Source: Candidatus Bipolaricaulota bacterium
Lineage (GTDB): Bacteria > Bipolaricaulota > Bipolaricaulia > RBG-16-55-9 > DRXL01
Direction of reading: 5' to 3'
DNA: 27,870 bases
Assembly: GCA_041641035.1 (NCBI GenBank)
Contig: JBEPZC010000001.1
Location: 1 to 27,870, forward strand
Shown one piece after another: positions 1 to 8,341 of this stretch. The position numbers and the translations under genes are program-made. Under the pieces are notes generated by a model. That model did no database searches. It was not told the DNA's origin and worked only from the letters and a program-made list of their open reading frames with translations. The first letter of the stretch is position 1, and the number at the start of each line of letters is the position of its first letter.

Positions 1-547
1 CCGTCTTGGGTGATAGTTCAAGCCAAAAGCCCTCTAACTCCCGAGGCACGATCACCGGCATTCGCGTGTGAATAGGCTTGATCAGCTCATTGGGCTCCGT
101 GGTGATGATCGTACACGTCTTGAGGGTCTGTCCCGCAGGAGAGTTCCAAGTCTCCCATAGGCCAGCAAACCCGAAGGGCTCCCGTGACTTGAGTCGAACA
201 TAGACGGGAGTCTTCTTGCCCCTCGCTGTCGTGCGCCATTCGTAAAAGCCGTCGGCGATCACTAAACACCGACGCTTCTTCACGGCGTCACGGAAGCTCG
301 GCTTCGCAAAGAGTGTCTCTGCGCGAGCGTTGATCAGTCTCTGAGCGATCTTGGGGTCTTGAGCCCAGTGGGGGATCAAGCCCCAGCGAAAGGTCTCGAC
401 GCGACGACCTCCTTCATCTGCGATCAGGGCGAAGATCTCTTGTGTTGGGGCAATGTTATATCTGGGCTGATAGTGTGGGGGCAGGGGCACGCCAAAGCGC
501 GCTTCGATCTGCTCTGCGCTGAGAGTCAGGGTGAATCGCCCGCACAT
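1..547 (-). CDS. yedK: SOS response-associated peptidase (SRAP/YedK/HMCES family), truncated at the window edge
   Basis: Missing from the ORF track because it runs off the left edge. My translation from ATG 547: MCGRFTLTLSAEQIEARFG...PRYNIAPTQ...WGLIPHWA...LINARAETL...RRCLVIADGFYEW...FAGLWETW...HTRMPVI, including the catalytic Cys2 and GFYEW motifs. Confidence 0.92.
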   Translation of the reverse strand, partial: MCGRFTLTLSAEQIEARFGVPLPPHYQPRYNIAPTQEIFALIADEGGRRVETFRWGLIPHWAQDPKIAQRLINARAETLFAKPSFRDAVKKRRCLVIADGFYEWRTTARGKKTPVYVRLKSREPFGFAGLWETWNSPAGQTLKTCTIITTEPNELIKPIHTRMPVIVPRELEGFWLELSPKT

Positions 548-552
548 AGAGA

Positions 553-1014
553 TCACTGACTGGGGAACGTCCGCCCTTCCAGCTCTTCGATGCGTCGCCG
601 CACTTCTTGGGGAATTGGCGCTTTGCGCCGCTCACGATAGTTATACGAGACGATCACCCCGTCGCCCTCGGCTGCGATCCCTTGGAGCTTCTGACTGAAG
701 ATCCGAAACTGCATGGTGAAACGATCTGCGCTCATCTCCGAGACCCTTATCCCGACAAAGATTCTGTCTGGGTACGTCAACGGGCGCTTAAAGTCACACC
801 GCGCCGAGGCGAGGATCGGCCCGATCCCCGTGGCGTTCATCGTCTCTATATGCCCGATCCTCTCAAGATACGCGATGCGCGCGCTCTCAAAGTACCGAAA
901 GTACGCAACGTTATTGACGTGCTGGAATGAATCCATCTCGCCCCATTGAACGGGCAACTCAATGACCACAGGAAAACCTTCTAGGCCGACTGCAGCGTCT
1001 TTGGCGGTGTTCAT
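553..1014 (-). CDS. Acyl-CoA thioesterase (hot-dog fold, 4HBT/YbgC-like)
   Basis: VQWGEMDSFQHVNNVAYFRYFESARIAY motif. The track ORF start at 1086 lies inside the tRNA, so the start is moved to ATG 1014 (MNTAKD). Confidence 0.85.
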   Translation of the reverse strand: MNTAKDAAVGLEGFPVVIELPVQWGEMDSFQHVNNVAYFRYFESARIAYLERIGHIETMNATGIGPILASARCDFKRPLTYPDRIFVGIRVSEMSADRFTMQFRIFSQKLQGIAAEGDGVIVSYNYRERRKAPIPQEVRRRIEELEGRTFPSQ

Positions 1015-1025
1015 GACTGTGCTGC

Positions 1026-1100
1026 TGGTGGGCGCTAGAGGATTCGAACCTCTGGCCTTCCGCGTGTAAGGCGGACGCTCTCCCACTGAGCTAAGCGCCC
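1026..1100 (-). tRNA. tRNA-Val (anticodon TAC), CCA encoded
   Basis: Reverse complement GGGCGCT TA GCTC AGTGGGA GAGC G TCCGC CTTACAC GCGGA AGGCC AGAGG TTCGAAT CCTCT AGCGCCC A CCA folds into a complete 75-nt cloverleaf. Confidence 0.97.
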
Positions 1101-1101
1101 C

Positions 1102-1539
1102 CTATGGCCCCATCCGCACCGTCATCACGGGAACTCTCGATAATCGAACGACCTCTTCGGTGACGCTCCCAAGAAGCACGCGGTCTAATCCGCGCCGCCC
1201 ATGCGTCCCCATCACAATCAGATCGATCTTCTCCTCGTCAGCAAAATCCAAAATGACCTTCGCTGGTGTGCCCGTCCTCAGCACCGTCTCGACTTCCTCA
1301 ACCCCAGACTTGCGGATCACGTCAGCGGTCTTCTCCAAAACCCGCTGGCCCTCCTGATGCATCGCTTCGACGATATTCTTCTCGGCAATGTTGGCGTACT
1401 CAAAGAGCAGCGCAGGCGGCTCGGCCACAAAGATCACATAGATCTTGGCGTCGAACGCGAGCGCGATCGTCGTCGCGCAGTTGATGGCCTTCTCCACGCC
1501 CCGCGATCCATCCGTCGGTACTAAGATGCGCTTGAACAT
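1102..1539 (-). CDS. Universal stress protein (UspA family)
   Basis: MFKRILVPTDGS N-terminus and DLIVMGTHGRRGLDRVLLGSVTEEVVRLSRVPVMTV ATP-binding USP signature. Confidence 0.95.
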   Translation of the reverse strand: MFKRILVPTDGSRGVEKAINCATTIALAFDAKIYVIFVAEPPALLFEYANIAEKNIVEAMHQEGQRVLEKTADVIRKSGVEEVETVLRTGTPAKVILDFADEEKIDLIVMGTHGRRGLDRVLLGSVTEEVVRLSRVPVMTVRMGP

Positions 1540-1554
1540 CTTCCCCCTTTGAAC

Positions 1555-2313
1555 CTACAGCAGGTTCTCGATTGTCTCCACCGCTATGGGCGCAGCGATT
1601 TCCTCTAGCCTACCGGGGTCGAGAATTACGATCTTGCGCCGCTTCAGCGCGATCAATCCCCGCTCCTCAAATTCACCGAGGGTCCGAATGGCCGTCTCCG
1701 TGGAGATCCCAGCCATCTCTGCTAAGTCCGTGCGACTGATGGGAGCTTGAATCTCCCTGCCGTTCTCCCCCGTGCCGTACCTCTCCGCCAAAGCCAACAA
1801 CAGCCGCGCCAGACGAGCCCGACAGCTCTCGTAGGCCGTCTCGATGAGCTTCGCTTGGAAAGACTGCAACTCGCGAGCGATCTTCTCGGCTAACTGCAGG
1901 GCGACATTGGGGTAACGCTTGAGAAAATCTAAGAAATCCTCACGCTTAATAAAACGAGCCCGCGTGGGCTCGAGCGTCCTCGCTGACGCCGTGTGCGTCC
2001 CGCCCTCAAACAGATTCTCCTCGCCCAGAAGCTCTCCCGGCCCAATGATCTTCAAGATCTGGCGCTTCCCCCCTGGCCCCTGCTTGATCAGCTTCGCCTT
2101 CCCACTGCAGAGAATAAAAAACCCGAACGCCGGCGCCCCCTCATGGAAGATCGCCTCATCGGCCTCATACTCGACCGAGCGCGTCAGTCGCTGAAGCTCC
2201 TGCTGCCCTTCCCTGGTAAGCCCAGAAAAAATCCACGAACACCCTGTGCAGCCCCCGACGCCACACAGTGGAGGACTCTTCCGATGCTTGGCCCCACTCG
2301 CCACATGAGCCAT
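1555..2313 (-). CDS. Crp/Fnr family transcriptional regulator (Crp1) with Cys-rich N-terminus
   Basis: cNMP-binding beta-roll (IFHEGAPAFGFFILCSGKAKL...GPGELLGE) and C-terminal HTH (ISRTDLAEMAGISTETAIRTL). N-terminal CGVGGCTGC. Confidence 0.9.
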   Translation of the reverse strand: MAHVASGAKHRKSPPLCGVGGCTGCSWIFSGLTREGQQELQRLTRSVEYEADEAIFHEGAPAFGFFILCSGKAKLIKQGPGGKRQILKIIGPGELLGEENLFEGGTHTASARTLEPTRARFIKREDFLDFLKRYPNVALQLAEKIARELQSFQAKLIETAYESCRARLARLLLALAERYGTGENGREIQAPISRTDLAEMAGISTETAIRTLGEFEERGLIALKRRKIVILDPGRLEEIAAPIAVETIENLL

Positions 2314-2333
2314 AACACTTCTATTGTAGTCAT

Positions 2334-2369
2334 TTGTCGGCTGTCACGCAACTCTATGAGATAGATCAC
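2334..2369. promoter_or_regulatory. Tandem Crp/Fnr-like boxes upstream of crp1
   Basis: TTGTCGGCTGTCAC (2334) and ATGAGATAGATCAC (2356), 22 bp apart. Minus-strand TACAAT at 2328-2323. Confidence 0.55.
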
Positions 2370-2387
2370 AACTCGGGGGGTAAAGTC

Positions 2388-3056
2388 TTACTGAGAGCAG
2401 AGCTTCTCTTCATTGATGAGGAGAATCCTGCGGCCCTCCAGGGAGATCCAGCCCTGACGCTCAAGGTCGTGCAATACCCGACTGACGGTCTCCGGGGCCA
2501 TACCCACCAAGGCCGCCCACTCGTCCCGCGAGAGCTTCAAGTCAATCACTACACCCTGTGAAGCGCGCTTGCCAAAGCGCTCTGCCACCTCGACCAACTT
2601 GCGGGTGAGCCGCGCCGCACTCTCAACATAGACTGTCTTGACCAGCGCCGCACGCACCTCCCCCAGCTGGCGCACCAGGTCCTCCATGATCCAGAGCAAC
2701 AAACTCGGATATCGCATGAAAACCTTGTGGATCTCGGGGTGCGCAAACCACGCAAGAGAGGTCTGCCGGAGCGTCACGGCAGAGCACGTGTGCACGGCAT
2801 TGCTGAAGAGCTCGCCCATCCCAAGGATCTCGCCAGGTCCGACCAACCGGACAAACTGCACGCATCCTTCGCTCTGCCAAAACTCCTTTACGGCACCATC
2901 CAAGACGATATAGAGACCATCGACGAGATCCCCTTGGGCATATATCTGAGCGTCTGGGGGAAAGAGAAGCTCCTGGGCGCTGGCGAGCACGACCTCGCGT
3001 GCCTCAGGTTCCAGCTTGTCTAAGAGGCTCTGCAACTTGCGCGTCATACACCCCAT
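2388..3056 (-). CDS. Crp/Fnr family transcriptional regulator (Crp2); alternative start ATG 3047
   Basis: IYAQGDLVDGLYIVLDGAVKE...GPGEILG and HTH LSRDEWAALVGMAPETVSRVL. Confidence 0.9.
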   Translation of the reverse strand: MGCMTRKLQSLLDKLEPEAREVVLASAQELLFPPDAQIYAQGDLVDGLYIVLDGAVKEFWQSEGCVQFVRLVGPGEILGMGELFSNAVHTCSAVTLRQTSLAWFAHPEIHKVFMRYPSLLLWIMEDLVRQLGEVRAALVKTVYVESAARLTRKLVEVAERFGKRASQGVVIDLKLSRDEWAALVGMAPETVSRVLHDLERQGWISLEGRRILLINEEKLCSQ

Positions 3057-3084
3057 AGCTTACTGATCGCAGCATCTCCATGTT

Positions 3085-3120
3085 ATGAGCACGCTCATCT
3101 TGCAAGATGAGTTCGATCAA
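3085..3120. promoter_or_regulatory. Tandem Crp/Fnr-like boxes upstream of crp2
   Basis: ATGAGCACGCTCAT (3085, palindromic arms) and ATGAGTTCGATCAA (3107), 22 bp apart. Minus-strand TAAGCT at 3062-3057. Confidence 0.65.
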
Positions 3121-3138
3121 AGGGGAATGTGACGGAGA

Positions 3139-3945
3139 TCACGGGGCGCGCCGCTGGCCGCACTGCGGGCAGAATCGCTCATCGGCACGGAAACGATAGC
3201 CGCAGCGTGCGCACCATTGCGCCGGACGTTGCGGCACGGCCTCTGGAGAGACCCGTCGTCTTCGCCAAAACCATATGAAGCTGATGACGCCAAGGACTAC
3301 GACAGCAAGCCCCGCCCCAAGCGCTGCCCACAAGATCGAGATCGGTGAGTGAGGGCGCAGCGACGGCAGGGTGTCGGTCTTTCTGTAGCTGACGCGCTGC
3401 TCGATGAGAGTCCCTGGGGAAACAGCGCCGATCCTTTTACCGAAGTAGCGGAAGCCGCGGGTGTCAATCCCTTGGGGGTCGAGCGCGGGGCTTGTTTGCA
3501 ATCCTGTCGCCCGCAACGGCTGTTGCACTTCGATCTCCAAGTTTTTGATCTCGTAGCGATCCGACCGAAAGCGAAAGACGAACGACTTCTCTTCAGAAGT
3601 CCCAAGCACATCATCGTAGTACTCCAGCTGAAAGCGTCGGCTTCCAGGGGTGAAGAGCACAAGCTGCCCCGCTTCACCGGGGAGAAGCTGCCAGTCGTCG
3701 GCAAGCAGGGTTCCAGCAGGGCCAACATGAGCGACGGCGTGGATCTGCGCTGTGCTGGGAATGGTGAACGCAAGAGGACTTTGTGGGTCTTCAGCAAGCT
3801 CGCCCCGATAGATCACGAGCAGTCTGGGATCGTCGTACTCCGGCCAAAGCGAGATCTCCAAACGCTCAAGCACTATTGGGACCTGCTGGGAGAACCCCAG
3901 CGCCCCCATAATAATGAGCATGAAGACGCTCAATGCGCGACGCAT
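3139..3945 (-). CDS. Hypothetical membrane protein: signal peptide, extracytoplasmic domain, TM helix, C-terminal zinc ribbon
   Basis: Hydrophobic N-terminus (MRRALSVFMLIIMGALGFS), TM helix (ISILWAALGAGLAVVVLGVISFIWFW) followed by RRRR, and CARCG...RFCPQCG. Confidence 0.75.
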   Translation of the reverse strand: MRRALSVFMLIIMGALGFSQQVPIVLERLEISLWPEYDDPRLLVIYRGELAEDPQSPLAFTIPSTAQIHAVAHVGPAGTLLADDWQLLPGEAGQLVLFTPGSRRFQLEYYDDVLGTSEEKSFVFRFRSDRYEIKNLEIEVQQPLRATGLQTSPALDPQGIDTRGFRYFGKRIGAVSPGTLIEQRVSYRKTDTLPSLRPHSPISILWAALGAGLAVVVLGVISFIWFWRRRRVSPEAVPQRPAQWCARCGYRFRADERFCPQCGQRRAP

Positions 3946-3983
3946 TTGGCCTCAGTCTACTTCACGCTAGTGCGGGCTGCAAC

Positions 3984-5723
3984 TCAGAATCTGGTATGAC
4001 ATTGGGAGCACATGTTTGCTCTGTCAGTAAGGTGACACGTGGAGCAGAAGTCGTGTCCAGGCTTGGGCATCTCTTGATTTAAGAACTCTAAGTGCCCCAT
4101 CTGAGTGACTCCCTCATGACATGCTTCACAGCGCACCCACAGAGCGATATGGGTCTCATGAGGGAACTGGGCTGCTCTTTCAGAGCGCTTTGGGAGTGCT
4201 GCTTCGTGACACTGTAAGCAGTCCTGAGATTCTAGCTGGGCCATGCGCTCAGCAGGAGGGTGGCATTGTGTGCAGTCTCGCGCTGCAGCGAGCGTTTGGC
4301 CGTGCTCTGCGGGCTGCACAGCATGGCACGCATCGCAGTCGGCATTCTTGAGATGGACCCTATGAGACGCCGGGGCTTGCACAAACGCGAGAGCTTCCAC
4401 GCCGACATGACAACGATTGCACCCGAACGGTTCCCCAGTGTGCAACGGCTTCTCAGCCATGTACTCGCCCTGCACGTGCAGCGCTCGCACACGAGCGATG
4501 TCCTCAGCGCTGCGGCGCAGCAGGGCGCTCACATAGTGAATGTTGTGCACGCCGAAGCTGCGATCTCCTTCAATCAGCTCGATGTTCTTCTTGGCTTGTT
4601 CATATTCTGGGGTGTGGCTGAGCTGGTGTTCGAGCTGAGCGAGCTGCTGGCGCAGCTCGGCGAGCTTCTGCGAGACGAACTGTTGCCACTGGCGCATCAG
4701 ACGATCGTATCCGGGGCCATGACAGGTCACACACGCCTGAGGCTGCGCTCTCGTTGCGATCGGCGTGCGACTCTGATGACACCCTATACAGATCACGCCC
4801 GATAAGAACATGGGATCGGGCATGGGCTCCACTCCCACCCCTCCTGTGCCCATATAGATCTGCTCTTGGATGGAGTGGTGTCCCCCATGGCAGCTGGCGC
4901 AATCGGGCGAGAGCGCCTGGGCCAGCTCGAACCTGCCATGCTCTAACTGTGCGTGACAATCAGTACACTTGAGATGCTGCTCAGTGACATGGGTCCGATG
5001 GAGAAGCTCGGTCTTGCCGTACTCTTCAAAGCGCTCGACGTGACACGAGAAGCACTTCTCGCGGAGCACGTTGCCCCGGCCACGGGTGACGTGCACATGG
5101 CATGTCAAGCACTCAACACCGCTTTTCAGGTATTCTGAGTGATTGAAGACGACCCCGCGGATGAGAATCTGATCCTTCGGTGGCCCATGACAGCTATAGC
5201 AGTCCCCTACAGCTTGCCCGCGCACAACACCAGTGAAGTGACAGATCTTGCAGGCGCCCTCGTCCACAGCCAGATGGTCTCCCTGGACGAGTTGGGAGTG
5301 GCACGTCGTGCAGGTCAGCTCGATACCACGAGCAGAGACCCCATAGTGTGTGGTGTGGCTGAATGGGATCTTCTTGCGATAGAGCGTGACTCCCTCTAGA
5401 GCCTTCTCGTCGTGGCAGCTTAGACAGTTGCGGTCGCTGACGCGGGAGTGCGGCTGCATATTGTACGCGCCGACCCAGTAGCGCAGCATCTCGCCTAATA
5501 ATCTGATCTTCCCCGCGATATACCCAGAAAGACCGTGCTCATAGTGACACTCGATGCAGTTCACTCTGGCGTGGCTGGAGCTGGCCCAGTTGTCATAGAA
5601 CGGCTTCATGAAGTGACACGACGCGCAGAAATTGGGCTGATCGGTCGCGCGCGCCCCAGCCCACGCCAGCCAGATCAGTATCCCCACTGCTATGAGTGCG
5701 AGCACAAGCCACCGACGTCTCAT
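3984..5723 (-). CDS. 19-heme c-type cytochrome (paralog B) with N-terminal TM anchor and NapC/NirT/NrfH-like domain
   Basis: 19 CxxCH counted. N-terminal TM helix, then TDQPNFCASCHFMKPFYDNWASSSHARVNCIECH. Confidence 0.9.
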   Translation of the reverse strand: MRRRWLVLALIAVGILIWLAWAGARATDQPNFCASCHFMKPFYDNWASSSHARVNCIECHYEHGLSGYIAGKIRLLGEMLRYWVGAYNMQPHSRVSDRNCLSCHDEKALEGVTLYRKKIPFSHTTHYGVSARGIELTCTTCHSQLVQGDHLAVDEGACKICHFTGVVRGQAVGDCYSCHGPPKDQILIRGVVFNHSEYLKSGVECLTCHVHVTRGRGNVLREKCFSCHVERFEEYGKTELLHRTHVTEQHLKCTDCHAQLEHGRFELAQALSPDCASCHGGHHSIQEQIYMGTGGVGVEPMPDPMFLSGVICIGCHQSRTPIATRAQPQACVTCHGPGYDRLMRQWQQFVSQKLAELRQQLAQLEHQLSHTPEYEQAKKNIELIEGDRSFGVHNIHYVSALLRRSAEDIARVRALHVQGEYMAEKPLHTGEPFGCNRCHVGVEALAFVQAPASHRVHLKNADCDACHAVQPAEHGQTLAAARDCTQCHPPAERMAQLESQDCLQCHEAALPKRSERAAQFPHETHIALWVRCEACHEGVTQMGHLEFLNQEMPKPGHDFCSTCHLTDRANMCSQCHTRF

Positions 5724-6580
5724 ACGCGTTCAGCCTTCGCGCGCTCTTGCATGATCTGTTCGTACTCCAGAGGATGCTCCTCCATCATGCGCTTCTTCGA
5801 GATCTTCCCCGTGAAGATCGTCATATTGATGGGGAAGACCTCAGGGTTGAGATGGGCGTGATACATGTGCCAGGTGATGAGCGCGAGGATTGCCAGCAAC
5901 GCCTCGCCCGAATGAGCCTGCAGAGCGACGTCAAAGATATACTTGGGGAAATACGCTAATGCTATTCTATGAAACCAGAGCATCAGCCCGGAGAGCACCA
6001 TGACCGCTGTGCCCCACACTAGCGCCCAATACTCGAATTTCTCGCTGTAGCTGTAGCGCCCGAACTTGGGACGCTCTGACGACAGCCCGAGCATAAACTT
6101 CACATTGGCGATAAAGTCCCACAGATCTTTCACTCTGGGGAGCAGCTCGCGCAGTTCGCGACGGCCCTCGCGCGTCAGCAGCCATCCGATATGCCACACA
6201 GTGACGAGCATCAACAGCGACGCTCCCACCCGATGGATGATACGATTGACCTCCAAGCTCCAGATCGTGCGGAAGAGGAACTCCGCCCAGGCCGAATCGT
6301 GAAACTTGATGGGCAGCCCCGTGATCGTCAGCAGGATCACTCCAATAGCCAGCACCAGATGCTGCAGACAGACGTTCAGACTGAACCGCACGAAGTACTC
6401 TTCTTCTTCTTTCTCTTGTGCGACGCGACGTTGCTTTGCCTGCAGTTCTGCTTTCAGCTGCGCCCGAACCAACTCCTTGATGCGTTGCAGCTCAGCGTCA
6501 TCGAGCGGGCGAGCTAGCTCATGTTCGAGCTCGCGTTGTAACTCTCGTACGAGTCGCTCTTCGTTTGCAAAGTCAGCCAT
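5720..6580 (-). CDS. Diheme cytochrome b, FdnI/HydC type (CbcL membrane-domain-like), with N-terminal coiled coil
   Basis: RFSLNVCLQHLVL, IIHRVGA, RYSYSEKFEYWALVWGTAVMVLSG, LQAHSGEA and ITWHMYHAH motifs. AGGAG RBS upstream. Confidence 0.85.
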   Translation of the reverse strand: MADFANEERLVRELQRELEHELARPLDDAELQRIKELVRAQLKAELQAKQRRVAQEKEEEEYFVRFSLNVCLQHLVLAIGVILLTITGLPIKFHDSAWAEFLFRTIWSLEVNRIIHRVGASLLMLVTVWHIGWLLTREGRRELRELLPRVKDLWDFIANVKFMLGLSSERPKFGRYSYSEKFEYWALVWGTAVMVLSGLMLWFHRIALAYFPKYIFDVALQAHSGEALLAILALITWHMYHAHLNPEVFPINMTIFTGKISKKRMMEEHPLEYEQIMQERAKAERV

Positions 6581-7637
6581 GAGAACTCCTCCGGGCGTGG
6601 CGCCATCGTCCGTAGAGGTCCAATACGATATAGAAGATAAAGCCTGCTGTCATTACGATCGTCAGCCAACGGTAGAACTCATAGACCCAGAAGACGATCC
6701 CTGCATCAGGGTCACTGGGGATGATGTGAAATCTCCCGCGGGCGACGTTATGCGAAGCATTGGGGTGGCATTGCCCACAGGTTTGTGCGAGGTTGAGCGG
6801 GTGGATCGGGGAGCGCGGATCTCGACTCGACAGAATCTTATGATACTCATGACAGCTCACACAGTTGGCGCTCCTGAGAATCCCGAACTCGACAGCAATA
6901 CCGTGAAAGCTCTTCTTGAACGCCTCGACCTGTTTGACGGGGACGCCGCGACGCTCCATGATCTTGACGTCGGTATGGCAGCGTGCGCAGGTGTTCGCGA
7001 CATTTTGCGGGTGGAGCGACGAGCGTGGATCATCGGGCGGGAAGAGATCGTGCTCACGATGGCAATCTGAGCAGACAGCAGACTCTACGACACCCTGGCG
7101 CAGGGCCTGCCCGTGCACGCTCTCTAAGTATTCTGTATAGATCTCGATGTGGCAGCTCCCGCAGGTCTTGGGGATATTCGTGCGATAGACAGGGGAGAGC
7201 GGATCGGTGTGAGCGCGGACGGAGTGCACGGTGTGGCAGCTCTTGCAGTCGGGGGCGTTAGGGTCGCCGCGCTCGAAGGCCCGGCCGTGCACGCTCTCTT
7301 TGTATTTCTCTGGACGCTCACTCACCGGCGCCCCCACGACGTTCCCCTGATAGTGACAGTTCAGACAGTGAATCTGTTGGGGTCTTCTCTGATGGGGGAT
7401 GACCGTCACGTCGGTGTGACAGTCTATACAGAGTTTCTCTGTGTGCACCGACGCTTTGAGCTGCTCGTAGTCGACGAAGAGAGATTTAAACTGTCTGGGG
7501 GTGACTTCGACCTTGAAGGTGGGATTGCCGTGACATTCTAATAGGCACCGAGCGTTGGGGTCGCGCTGGCCGTAGCCGGGCCAGCCGGCTACGAGCAGAC
7601 TCCAACTAATGACAAAGAGCACGATGAATCTCTTCAT
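6573..7637 (-). CDS. Nonaheme c-type cytochrome with signal peptide and C-terminal TM anchor (CbcL periplasmic-domain-like)
   Basis: 8 CxxCH plus an N-terminal CLLECH (CX3CH), with repeated SxHG...CxxCH...N..TCxxCH modules. Start moved from 7775 to ATG 7637 (MKRFIVLFV), giving an ATGA overlap with the upstream stop. Confidence 0.88.
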   Translation of the reverse strand: MKRFIVLFVISWSLLVAGWPGYGQRDPNARCLLECHGNPTFKVEVTPRQFKSLFVDYEQLKASVHTEKLCIDCHTDVTVIPHQRRPQQIHCLNCHYQGNVVGAPVSERPEKYKESVHGRAFERGDPNAPDCKSCHTVHSVRAHTDPLSPVYRTNIPKTCGSCHIEIYTEYLESVHGQALRQGVVESAVCSDCHREHDLFPPDDPRSSLHPQNVANTCARCHTDVKIMERRGVPVKQVEAFKKSFHGIAVEFGILRSANCVSCHEYHKILSSRDPRSPIHPLNLAQTCGQCHPNASHNVARGRFHIIPSDPDAGIVFWVYEFYRWLTIVMTAGFIFYIVLDLYGRWRHARRSSHG

Positions 7638-8341
7638 AGCAAGCCCTTCTCTTTGAGACGCTGGTACTCCAGCGGGTGCTCTTCTTGCAGGTGCTTCGCT
7701 GAGATCTTGCCATCCCAGAAGCTCCAATCTATAGGGAACCGCCCTGGACTCAAATGCACTAAATACAGATGCCACAGCGTCAGCACGATGAGAATAAGCG
7801 TCCCTGTGCCACTGTGGACAGCGAGAGCCACGTCAAAGGCCCACTTGGGCAATACCACAAAGAACCAATCGTGACACCAGAGAACGAACCCGCTGGCGAT
7901 CATAATCACGACGAAGAGCGCAAAGGCCCAATACTGAAATTTCTCACGGTAGCTGTAGCGATCCAGCTGAGGTTTTTCAGGGCGCAATCCCAGATCATAG
8001 AGCAACGCGGCACCGTAATCTTTGAAGTCTTGGGTTTTGAAGAGCATCTGCATGAATTCTTCGTGGCCGGTGCGCGAGAACAGAATGTACAGAATGTGAT
8101 AGAGCACCGTAGCTATGAGCACTCCCGCAGCGATGCGATGGAGCGTGCCGCGGGCCTCAAAGCCTCCTGTGAGCGCTATAAGCAAGCGCCCAAAGGTGCT
8201 GTCCCGATAGAGCAGTGCCAAGCCCGTCAAAATCAAGAGCGTGACGCTCACCATAAGCGCAAAGTGCTGCACTCGCACCTGAATATTGATTCTCTCGATG
8301 GTGCGCTCTTCACTGAGTCCTCTGATGTGTTCACTGGGCAT
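7634..8341 (-). CDS. Diheme cytochrome b, FdnI/HydC type (second copy)
   Basis: RVQHFAL, TLHRIAA, RYSYREKFQYWA, LAVHSGTG and TLWHLYLVH; paralog of 5720..6580. Confidence 0.85.
   Translation of the reverse strand: MPSEHIRGLSEERTIERINIQVRVQHFALMVSVTLLILTGLALLYRDSTFGRLLIALTGGFEARGTLHRIAAGVLIATVLYHILYILFSRTGHEEFMQMLFKTQDFKDYGAALLYDLGLRPEKPQLDRYSYREKFQYWAFALFVVIMIASGFVLWCHDWFFVVLPKWAFDVALAVHSGTGTLILIVLTLWHLYLVHLSPGRFPIDWSFWDGKISAKHLQEEHPLEYQRLKEKGLL

Noticed and set aside
1026-1100. tRNA-Val as the integration site of a respiratory genomic island
   Set aside because: No integrase, transposase or duplicated tRNA 3' end is visible, and the cluster lies on the tRNA 5' side rather than the usual 3' side.
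3094-3111. Perfect 18-bp palindrome CTCATCTTGCAAGATGAG as an independent element
   Set aside because: It is largely explained by the facing half-sites of the two tandem boxes plus their spacer, so it is reported under that finding.
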